In this document: piece by piece, positions 52,665 through 64,000 of the stretch
Numbering within the stretch: the stretch's first letter is position 1
Layout: each line of letters starts with the position of its first letter
Assembly (NCBI GenBank): GCA_012295275.1
Contig: CM022666.1
Coordinates: 11,718,001-11,782,000 of the forward strand
Length of the DNA stretch: 64,000 bases
Origin: Chrysomallon squamiferum
Lineage: Eukaryota; Animalia; Mollusca
Direction of reading: 5' to 3'
The notes under the pieces: model-generated
Told to the model about the DNA's origin: nothing
The model's input: only the letters and a program-made list of their open reading frames with translations
Database searches by the model: none
Translations under genes and position numbers: made by a program

Positions 52665-54957
52665 TTCTTCATCGTTTTTAATGACCTCATAAAATGTCAC
52701 TCTGTCACTTCACTGACCGAAAAACCAAAATACTTGATTGTGACCTGCTAACTGCAGCCTGTCCTGGCGGTAGTCAGGCAGGTTCTGGAGCAACGTGAGA
52801 GAAAGCGAACCGGTTAAACGACACTCGTTGAAATACCCGGCTTGCTGCGCCAGGCACATTGCTTATTACCTTCAGCGGGCTGTCAACGATTTTACGTAAT
52901 ACTACAATTGACAGTCGTAAAGGGTCGTGAAGTCAATTGTTCTTCTAAATAAAAATACTGTTGTTGACACAGATAGCCTGCCTCAGGCTTGCCACGCTGT
53001 TATTAAGGAATATTATATCAGTAGTGGTTTGTACTTGGTATTTAGAGATAGGAAAATCATTTGATAAATTTTGGAAAACTTGCCTGACAAAAGCTGATAG
53101 CTCTAAGCTACTTACATGGACTTAAAACGCAATTACTTTTCTTACTCTTTATAACGGTTTATTATTTATCATGTTTTTCAATTTTGGAAAATGAGAATGG
53201 TTTATATATATATATACATATGAAATAAACTGTTAGATTTCAAATTTGGACTTAAATGGAACAGTGTGAATCTTGATGGCTCATACTAATGAATTAATAT
53301 TGTTAAATTGATTATTAATAAATGGATTTATTGAATACATATAGATATATGTTTCTTTTGTGTTTTTAGTTGTTGTTGTTTGTTTTTGTTGTTTTTTGGT
53401 TGTTTTTGTTTGTTTGTTTGGTTGTTGTTGTTTTTTCTTCTTCAGATGTTTATTCTTTTTAAACAAACAATAATCACTATATTATAATTTTATCGACCCA
53501 CAATTCAGATTAACTGTGTATCATTTCACTGGCGATTTGCTTTAAGTCAAATTTTATGCAAAACGTCTTAGTGTTTACTTTTATAACAGATATGAAAATT
53601 AAACTCAGCAAAATTTGGTATTCTGTAGTAAGTTTCAAACATAACTCGCTTTTTTCGTTTTAATCACCATTGCATCTAGTATTAACTTACTATTTTAAAT
53701 TAAAACATTTCTTCTTACTTTAATTTATATCAAAAAAAAATTATTATCGTCTTTAACAATCAAGTCAATCCTGATACTCCAAAACTCATTACTTGAAAAT
53801 ATACTGTAGGAATCTACATCGCTGTTATAATACTCATCGTGAATTTGCAGTAGCCAAAAGATTCCATTTAACTTCCAGTTAATCAGGGACACATGGTAAT
53901 ATTAATAATTATTTGAAATGCTTTACAGTTGTAGACCATGTTGTCTTTATAAGCAAACAAAATATAGAACAAGGATGACAACAACAATAGTAACAAACAA
54001 ACAAAACAAAGCAAAAAACAAACACACACATATTTATATTTGTACAAATGTATGTAAGCTACTACTACTACTGCAACTATATCCTACTATAAGACAAACA
54101 AAAGGAACCAATATAATCGCTAATTATCTGCTTTCTTAAGATTTCTGATAAATCTTCTTCGCTCTGACTCTTCATTACGTTAAACCGATTAGCTTCAAGC
54201 TGGACTCACGTTAGCTTTAACTTTGATCAGCTGGCTCATCTGTATCTTATAGTGGGGACCGGTACCGATCAGTTATATTTGTTCCTCACCTATTCATCTT
54301 CTCTGTTTACCTGACTCACACTGATGCAGGGTACGACAGTGACAAATTTCTACCTACCTACCTATACATCACACTTACACAAAAAGGTAAAACATAAGCG
54401 CTAACACCAACAACATTTCAGTCGAGGTGAACAGTTCATTGAAAACTGGTGATAAACAAACATAATTTAAAACTACCTGTAAGATACAAAAGTCAAACTG
54501 ATAATGAATCTACGTCAAGGGAGATGAAGGTCTGACTTAAAAAAATAATTTAGAGAGTTACTTGTGTCCAGTAGGCCATTGACGCATGCTTATAGTAGCC
54601 TTCTGGTTTAACAACACAAATTTGTCATTTATTATTATTTTTTTTTTTTAAATACATTCGAAAAATTATGATATAGATATAAACAACATACATACATATA
54701 TACATTATGAACACAAAATTAGCTCTAGTTTAAAATATGTCAAGCTGTAGCCTGGGAGACCAACAATACACCTGTCTGTTTGTTTTACGACGTCTGCCAG
54801 TCACACTAATATATTGTATGTCAGAATGAACTTGCTTCACTGTGTAAGACAAAATTATTTCTGGTCCTTGTTTGACGACTGGATGTTTTCCTCACTGACG
54901 TGCCGATAATACTCCTGATCCGGTAATAAGAGTAGTTTTAATTTCCCTTTCATAATA

Positions 54958-55076
<119 letters not shown>

Positions 55077-55399
55077 ACATACGCACACAATTAAAATATA
55101 ATTATTGTTTATATTTGAATCTACCGTAGGAATGGATAGAAAGCTATAGCGGCGAGATTAACAACTTGCAAAAGAACTAAAGTGAGAGAGACAAAACTAT
55201 TAAATCATTATATATATAATATACCTATCTTTTAAGTTCTAACTGATTAATAAAAAGATTTGTTCCGTTTTGTTATAATCAGTGTTACTATTCACCCGGC
55301 GTTTAATTATTATTAATTTATTTATTTCATTTTCTACTTCTTCTTCTTCTTATTGTTTTATTTTTCTTATTATTATTCAGGCAGTTACAAACAAAGGAC

Positions 55400-55884
55400 A
55401 TGTGCCTGAAAAAATGGCTTCTATTTTTGTTGGTAATAATGTACCTCATTTCCGTTTCCGTCGGAAATCCATGGGATCTTCTGACTTTAGACTGGCTCTG
55501 TAATGAGGACGGTACGCAGGCTCGAGACATTCCGTGGGACTGTTCTAGTTATCTTGTTTGTCACAAAGGAAAGGCATATCCATTCAAATGCCGAACTGGA
55601 ACCATGTTCAACACGGCAACACACAATTGCATTTGGCCCAGTGAAAAAAATTCCGGACGTTGCAAACAAAATCCAATGGGTATACATATATTGTCTGCTA
55701 TGCTTATACAATATCAGCAACGTATAATGCAATGGTTGCTTTAGATTACTGCAACCCAGAACAAAATAAGAATATATTTTTAAAAAATACTTGGATACAT
55801 ATACACGCACACACAGACACAAACACACAAATAAATATCACAGAATTTCTTTTCTCTTTTTTAATGAATGCATTATTAGTGTTG

Positions 55885-55932
<48 letters not shown>

Positions 55933-56824
55933 CAGTCTGCACGTTACCTATTATAACTGTAATTCGTCATTATAAAAATTGTAATTTTCAGTTTTCATGT
56001 TTAATTTACAGAATATCTAGACGTTATATGCCGATGGAATCCGAACGCCAAACTGGCTAGTCCCATTAGCTGTGGTCAGTATTTCGACTGTTCTCAATCT
56101 GGAAATGCTGCTCAGTATGCCAAATACGTGATGGAGTGTCCGTATCCAAAACTCTTTTCAGACAGAAACAGACGATGTGAACATTTCAAGAGAGTAATGT
56201 GTGGAACTCGACAAATCCCCAAAGCACCATGTAAGATGGAGTCCACATCAGAACGACACACACACACACACACACATACACAAATACATACATATCCGCG
56301 CGCGAGCATACACCTGACATCCGTGTGCGCTCTCACCTGCACACTCACATACACTGATTGTCTTCTTTAAATAAAAATTAATTATGATATATATAAAATG
56401 AACATGTTATTTCCTACAGTGCAGAGGTAAGAGATTCATATGTCATGGTCTACTCTACTATTTTATAATTAATTGCTTTCTGTTTCCTTTGCCATTCTAT
56501 AACGCACTGTATTCGTATTCATATAAAAAGAAAATACGTTATTTATTTATTTTTTAAAAGAACAAATAAATGAAAACCGAAAACTGTTTCGTTTGTTTTA
56601 CAGGTGACTATGTCCAGTATCTACAGCTGTGTAAGAAATCAAAGTGTAAGCCTTGTGAACAGACACATCCAAGCTGCAAAGATCGTAAAAATGGACTACA
56701 GCCAGTTTATAACGCACCGCAGTTTTACATGTTCTGTGACAGTGGAAGAACCATGGATATTAAACAGTGTCCACATGATCAGAAGTTTTCTACAGACAGG
56801 AGAAGATGCATAACTGTACAGTAA
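55400..56824 (+). CDS. Secreted 239-aa cysteine-rich protein with three chitin-binding type-2 (peritrophin-A/CBM14)-like modules, Pif/BMSP-like
   Basis: Exons 55400-55679, 56012-56230 and 56604-56824 (720 nt, phase-1 introns). Signal peptide MCLKKWLLFLLVIMYLISVSVG. Modules: DCSSYLVC..FKCRTGTMFNTATHNC; SCGQYFDC..ECPYPKLFSDRNRRCEHFKRVMCGTR.PKAPCDY; CKPCEQTHPSC..NG..YMFCDSGRT..CPHDQKFS..RRC. AATAAA at 56837. Confidence 0.9.
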
Positions 56825-57858
56825 TTGTAACAGTGAAATAAATCAACCGTACAACTCTAATCAGAACTTTTTTGTTTTAATTATGTCACTCTGTAACTGG
56901 AAGTTTTAAAGGGGAATTCTGACTCTTGTTAATAGAAACGTTTCGTCAACAGCAGAAGCTCTCTAGTTGACCAGTTTAAATTATTGTGACTTTCAAACAC
57001 AGCATACATTGGTTAGTGTATGTCAGGCTGAATACTTAATAAAAGACCTTATAATAAGCTCTAATACCCATATCATATGGCCGCAAACTGTCCCTGTAAT
57101 TGATAAAATTTCAAAATGTTGGATGTTGCCCTATTGCTGCCGTGTACGAAGGGACCCGCATAACACTTCAAGCTTCAGGGTCCCAATAGTCTAGGTCCAC
57201 CATTGGTCATGGTATTAAATTAGAATCAGCAAACAGCGGAGTTAAAAACTAATCGGCTTATATTTAACATTCATTTCAAATTGAAAAAATATATATATAT
57301 TCTAAATTGTTGGATATTAGCACTTTCTTGGATACTCTGAGCCAAATCTTAATATAAACGGAATGAAATATGAATGGCCTTGTTTAACTTTAAATCGAAA
57401 ACCATATGTATTTATTAGCGCGCACGCATATACATACGCTGAAATTCTTGAAAAAAGGCAACTATTTACTCGAAATACCAAATAAATGATTGAATCCCAT
57501 TATTATAAACTTTATAAAATCTAATTCGTTGTATGTGTGTGTGTGTGTTATGTGTGTGTGTTATTCTGTTGCTCCTCGATTTTACGGATCAAACCTAGCA
57601 TACATATACTGTATGACATTTGTTTTCATTGTTTTTTGGTCTGTGTGTTGTTCTTACATTATTATATTAATGTATTATATATCTGGTGTGTATACTAAAG
57701 CATAATATTTCGGTTTTAGTCCGTCAAATGGAGGGTCAGCAGTACCTGCAAATATGTGTGTATTTTGAATGTCAATAGACATTCATTCATATGTGGTCCA
57801 TGTAACTGAAAACAAAGTGTTTATCTTACAGAAGTATTCACATTTATACATATTTCCA

Positions 57859-58198
57859 AAAAGGACATAATAATAATAATAATAATAATAATGAGTTGAA
57901 AATAATAAAATATACAAAATATATTTAATAATTTGTCAATTAGCAATAATAATAAGATTTTGTAGTTTTTAAAAAGGACATAATAATAATAATAATAATA
58001 ATAATTGCCATTTATTTTTTTTACCTAAAATCTACGTTTAATGATGAGTTGAAATATGTTACATAAAATATACAAAATATATTTAGTAGTGCTGATTTGT
58101 CAATTAGCACCATAATTAATGAAGATTTTTTTGTAGTTTTTTCGAAAATAATAATAATAATAATAATAATAATAATTATTATTATTATTATTATTATT
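57859..58198. repeat. Degenerate two-copy tandem duplication followed by an (AAT)n/(ATT)n palindrome
   Basis: aaaaaggacataataat...gagttgaaa...taaaatatacaaaatatattta...tttgtcaattagca...gattttgtagtttt occurs twice. A 46-bp palindrome spans 58153-58198. Confidence 0.85.
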
Positions 58199-58841
58199 GT
58201 TGTTGTTGTTGTTTGTTTGGTGTTATTTTTTTATTTTTTTATTTATGTATTTTTTTATTTTTTTTAAACACTGTATATATAGTGTATATGTAACAGACAT
58301 GATACATGCATTAATACAGTAAAACAAAGAACTGAAAGAAATTAATATTAATTTTTACTCTTGTTGGAACAGATGAACTTCTTTCACAAACTAAAGCTCT
58401 ATAGGAATTAACAGCGAAAAGTACGATTTTGTCACGTACCTATGCAAGGTAATTTATATAATTCTTTAGTTTATAGGCAGGCTCCGAAAAGGACAAATTA
58501 ACGTCCCGCTTGTGATGGAGTAGGACGGAGAACAGACTGGATAGACTAACATATGCATACACTCGTTAATTAGTCCATATACATTTTATTTTTTTTATTA
58601 ATATCAGTAATAGGAGTTAGCCATTTATTGTTCGGTGAAACAGATCCCTACATGTAAATCGTTCCAATCCGGTTGAATAGCCACTGCACGAAGGATGCCA
58701 AAAGATGTCGTCCTTATTTACTGGTTTCCTTCATTAGCTACGCTTTTTGTTTCTCATTTTAATGCTTTAAAAAGTAAATGATCTAGGATCAGTCAATCAA
58801 CAGGAACCCATCATGTTTCTTTAATTTGTAACAATCTGATT

Positions 58842-61800
58842 ATGGATCTTGACGAATCAGGTACGTTTCAGATATTTAATTCTATATGTAAGGTGTTAAT
58901 GAAATGCTACCATAAATCGTTATTTGTTTTTCAATATATATTAATATAAAGTAAAAGGGCACACGAGTGTTAAGGTTTATATGTCCTACATAGACTGACT
59001 ACTCATAACACCGACTGTGACTGAGTAGTCTGTGCTTCTGGATTGTAAAACACTGTTTTAAACAGTTAGCATAGATATACTCATAGTACATACGGCAACA
59101 CAGAAACAGTCACATTCACAGAGTACGTAATATTGGAGCATGAGACATTGAATAGAACAATTACATTTACAATATCATTGAAATGAATATGATCGCCACA
59201 GTGATGAGTGAATTACTGATATAATTATATTTTTCATGAATAGCCACTGGCCCACTGTGACTGTATTTATTGTCAGTATAAATGTCATCATATAAAAATA
59301 ACTGAAACAGATTTTTAGCAACAGCATTGAATAGGTATACAGTATTTACTATTGTATTCAGATTGGACTAAGATCTGTCAATATTTTGATTATGTTCAAT
59401 TATCTCCCTCTACAGAATTATGATGGTACTGTTATGATGGTACTGTTATGCACTGTTGTTTAAGACGAAAAAGGTAAAAAGAAACAAAGGAAAAGGAAAA
59501 TTAGATTGAAAATATGCCTCATCTTTGTAAATTAGTAGTTAGTTACAGTAATCATTGTAATTATTTTCATTATGCAGTGAGTGGTGGAAGTACACCTGTT
59601 CAGGATGAGCCCAGTTACCTTGAAGAGGATGGCATTCAGGTAAAAGTAAATCTTTATAATTACTGTGCTAATTGTAGCCTGCATTTCAGATGTCTTTTGT
59701 CATGAAAGAAACCTTTTTTCTCAGATACAGTCAGCTAGTTACACATTTGCTGACATTAATAAATGTATTATAAATTAAATTTTCCAACGTTTTCTTATTA
59801 TGGTATATTTTAATAGGGAAAATGAACTTTGAAATACCAGATTTAAATATAATGCATTGTAAAGAGCTTGTCCCAAGCAAGAAAATTGTGTAAATTTAGT
59901 TTAGAAAATCTAGGCCTTTCATGTTTTAAGGATAGTCAGTAGGACAATGAGTAGTATTTTGTCTTTGCAAAGGCACCATTTTTGGTGCCTAATGAATAAT
60001 TTTTCCCAGAGAACATTTGTTCCCAATGGCCATTTCTATACACATCAGGATGAAATCTGATATACTTGTGTGCTTTTAACTGACAAATCCAAATCAGATT
60101 GCAGATTTTGAAAATTATTATAATAATTTCCTGGGTGAATATTCCATGACAAATTTTGGATTTTAGTGAGAACTGGATGTGGATGTTTCTTTTCTTTAAA
60201 GTATGCCATGAATTAAAACAAAATATATGGGGGCCATCTCAAAGTCAAATAATTCTGAAATAGAAGGAATTCATCTGGGAAAGAACTGAAACTGAAATTA
60301 TCATTCACCACTTTTTAATCTTGGACATGACTGGCATCAAATTAATATTACATGCCATCATGACTCAACAGTTGTTTTCGTTTCACAAAAGTTTGAGATG
60401 ATACCTCATTTTAATTATATCTGGAAAATTGTGTATGGAATAGCAAAATGTGCTGTATAATTAGAGCAGAATCTGAAATAAACAAAACAAATAACAGTTT
60501 TCGTTTGAAAAGGCAATTCACCTGACATGAATATGATAAACAATACAGTAATGAATCTCATTTAACACATAAAGTTTATGACAGATACATTTTTATTATT
60601 TAAGGGTGTATTATCCTCACTTGTTTTGGAAATATTCCATTAAAGCAGTGATAATAAAATATAAATTAGGGGAATTAATAAATTAAAATCAAACAAGAAA
60701 TTAATAAATTAGGGGAGCGTAATAGTTTTGTATTGAATTTAGACATATTAGACAAAATTATTCATTATTGGTGTTTTTACATAACATATATGTAGTTAGT
60801 GAAATTATTATAAGTACATGTAGACACATGATCCTATTTTAGTTAAGCACAGGCTTATTTTCTCTTTGCAGCCAGCTACTCCAGGGGATGGTGGACCACA
60901 GAGTCCTAAGGATATGTCTGATGAAGAATATCAGCCAGGTCTTGCTGATGATGACTACGTGAGTGATGGTGGTGAGGTGGAGCGAGAGGAGGTGCAGCAG
61001 GACGTTGATGATGATGACTGTGATGTTGAACGTGAAATGGTGGAACGAGAAGTGGAGCAAGATTCTGATGCTGAAATGATTGAATCAGGTAATGAAGTAG
61101 GTCACATTCTTTCTCATTCTACCAATGACATGACTGAAGGAGGAATTTATAGTTCACCCATGAGTGTAGGCATGGAGGACCACTGTTCTATTCCTGTATC
61201 CCCAATAGTTGATAATGCTCCTATGTCTGCTTCAGAGGAGCCACTGTCAGAAGACAAGAGTTTGGAATCAACACCCAGTCCACAGCATTCAGTCTCCCCA
61301 AATCAAAGTTCACACCAATATATTGACAATGTAGAGCCTAATTCATCTAATGGCAGTGATTTACAGATTAAAAACAGTAGTACATTAATTTTCCCACTAG
61401 CAGATGAAAATGAACCTGCATCTTCAGATTTGCAGTTACCAGCTGGCAATGATACTGAATCCCTAGATGGGATAATCTTGCAGAACTTTGAAGACGGAAT
61501 AAGTTGTCCTGTATCAGGTAATGGACTACATGCTGATGATATTGGGAAAGGCCCTGAGTCTCCATTTCACAGTGGGCCAAACTCTCCTCTTGAGAATGAT
61601 GCACTATCACCAAATGCTCCAGTTTATTCTCCAACAGGTAGTTCAAATGAGTTTTGCACATGGTTATGAAGGATTGAATATATTACATATTTAATTTTGA
61701 GAGCAACCAAAACAATTAAAAATTACAGTAAGCCATTAGTTTATTCAGTTTTAAATTTCTGTCACTTTATTTAGCAATAAAATGACTAGTAACTCACAAC

Positions 61801-64000
61801 ATATTAGGAAACTGGATGACAAAACATGTTCTTAATAATACATTCATTTTATCTGACCAGTGCAGAAATCATCATCATGTTGTATGCACTCATATTCTAG
61901 CTTGCATTTCAATATGTTTCATGTAAACTCTTGCTTTTGTTTAGTTGGAGCTGTACGTTTTGGCTTGCTTTGGTTTGTTTTTGTTCCACCATTCCTTTTA
62001 TAAGTATCATATTTGCATATTATACTATTGCTGATATAGTACTAGGAGTAGTTCTAATAGATGAGTTTGCTTTTATTTAAATTTCTGCAATTTATTGCAT
62101 CTTGTTTTAATGATACAGTATAGACAACTTCTAATTCGTAACATTATTCATTAAAACCTAATGGAAGCTTTCTTCAAAGCAGATATTTTATACCAAAACC
62201 AACAGAACTAAAAATGTTATTAGTTGGTTCATACTGGATAAACATTTTATTGTGGTTTCATGAAATTCTGACTTCTATGCTTATGTTTGCAGAAAAGACT
62301 ACTTTGATAATGAAATGGTAGAAGATGAAATTTCTTAATGGTTCAGAAATTTATGAAACTGTAGAACATTTTTACTCATGGTACATGGAAAATCCTGGGT
62401 TTCCTCATCGACTATGAATAGCATTTCTTGTGTGTTATAGAAGCAAACTTATAATAATTACACTTGTTTTATTTTCTACCCCCTCATTCCTGCTTGATAA
62501 CATTCTGCTATTAAGGGTAATTCCATGCATGTTTCAGAGGACTTTTGACAGTCTATTCAAATTCATAGATTTTGTTTTTGTTCACTAGGAAAAAACTATT
62601 TGCAGAGAAATTATGAATTCCTTTGGCCTTAAGGATAACTTTCAGTCACTTCTGAATTCTTTGTCAAACATTATTTTTAAATTTTATTTTATTTTTTATT
62701 TTTTATTTTTAAAAACATTTCAAACAATATGCTATAAATTGGCAAAATTTAAAATGTACGAATCTGCAGTTTAATGGAACACTACTCTATTCTTAAAAAC
62801 TTTAAAAGATGTTATATATTAAATTATAAATATTAAAATTAAAACTAATTTATATTTAGATAAAAAAAAAAAAAAAAGTAAAAAAATATTATGACATAGT
62901 TATTTAAAAAATGTATACATGTGTGTGTATATATACAGATTAGGTTTAATAATACTTTGTACAATGAGAATAATTATTTAGCACAGGGTAACTTAATCTG
63001 TCTTGTCAGAACATGATATTAAAGAGAGTAGTGAATAAGTATACAAGTAACTTTCTGAATTACCAGGCAAAAAATCACCATCCCCAGAAGGAAGTATTCC
63101 CAGAACACCAAGGTCACAGTCTCATTCACCTCAAGGATCACCAATGTCAAACAATGGAAGCCATCCTGCATCACCAACATCACAAAGGTCTCAGTCACCT
63201 GCAGGATCACAAATAATGGAATCTGGTTCACCACCTAGATCAAGATCTGGTTCACCAGCAGGATCAGCTAGATCAAGATCGGCTTCACCTCCAGGATCAG
63301 CAAGGTCAAGATCTGGTTCAGCTGCAGGATCAGCTAGGTCAAGATCTGGTTCAGCTGCAGGATCAGCTAGGTCAAGATCAAGGTCACCTGCAGGATCACA
63401 TAGGTCAAGATCGGGGTCACCTGCAGGATCACAGAGATCAAGATCGGGATCACCTGCAGGATCACAGAGATCAAGATCAGGGATCACCTGATCAAGATCA
63501 GGATCACAGAGATCAAGATCAGGATCACAGAGATCAAGATCAGGATCACAGAGATCAAGATCGGGATCACAGAGATCAAGGTCAGGGTCACCTGCAGGAT
63601 CACTGAGATCAAGATCTGGATCACAGAGATCAAGATCGGGATCACCTGCAGGATCACAAAGATCAAGATTTGCATCACCTGCAGGATCACAAAGATCAAG
63701 ATCTGGATCACCTGCAGGATCACAAAGATCAAGGTCCGGATCACAAAGATCAAGGTCTGGATCACCTGCAGGATCACAAAGATCAAGGTCCGGATCACCT
63801 GCAGGATCACAAAGATCAAGGTCCGGATCACCTGCAGGATCACAAAGATCAAGGTCCGGATCGCCTGCAGGATCACAAAGATCAAGGTCCGGATCACCTG
63901 CAGGATCACAAAGATCAAGATCTGGTTCACCTGCAGGATCACAAAGATCCCGATCTGGAACACCTGCAAAGTCTAGAAGTGCATCACCTGGAAGTGCTGG
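58842..64000 (+). CDS. IWS1: IWS1-like transcription elongation factor, N-terminal low-complexity part (gene continues beyond the window)
   Basis: Exons 58842-58860, 59578-59639, 60872-(61088, 61517 or 61637) and 63067->end, all phase-compatible. MDLDESVSGGSTPVQDE resembles the IWS1 N-terminal GGATPVQDE motif and is followed by acidic and Ser-rich repeats. The diagnostic TFIIS-N domain is not in the window. One in-frame TGA lies at 63489-63491. Confidence 0.6.
63190..63990 (+). repeat. Coding minisatellite of 33-nt (RSRSGSPAGSQ) and 21-nt (RSRSGSQ) units
   Basis: agatcaagatctggatcacctgcaggatcacaa and variants repeated over ~800 bp. Confidence 0.95.

Noticed and set aside
57120-57210. GC-richer patch with GGGACCC/GGGTCCC inverted repeat; similar patch at ~49810-49900
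   Set aside because: Probably decayed MITE fragments, but no TIR pair or TSD could be defined.
63489-63491. Selenocysteine or programmed readthrough at the in-frame TGA
   Set aside because: The codon arises from local disruption of the repeat register in a disordered region, and no SECIS is visible in the window; an indel error is more parsimonious.
63191-63969. Antisense ORFs (DLDLCDPAG... and ILIFVILQV...)
   Set aside because: Stop-free reverse frames of the coding minisatellite; there is no splice or start context supporting them.

Overview
AT-rich, intron-rich animal genomic DNA, probably a mollusc or other lophotrochozoan (inferred from a Pif/BMSP-type chitin-binding gene). There are no prokaryotic features. 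I reconstructed six gene models by hand from GT-AG junctions. (1,2) A head-to-head pair of paralogous genes (313-1278 minus; 8240-10032 plus) encodes ~320-aa proteins built from an unrecognised ~36-aa repeat; they appear to share a short promoter at ~3350-3640. (3) A complete 42-exon MED12 gene (40301->14243, ~2124 aa). (4) A type II membrane protein with a SEA domain and a C-terminal Ser/Thr-rich mucin region, with frame problems (52664->43404). (5) A secreted 239-aa protein with three chitin-binding type-2-like modules (55400-56824). (6) The 5' part of an IWS1-like gene with a long RSRSGSPAGS repeat that runs off the window. The most unusual signals are the divergent 36-aa-repeat gene pair, an 8-copy minisatellite made from a MED12 exon/intron junction (a chain of AG|GT sites), candidate MED12 microexons, the inverted-topology SEA-mucin, and a pseudoknot-forming island at ~41600-41815. 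All homology statements come from recalled family motifs, not database searches.
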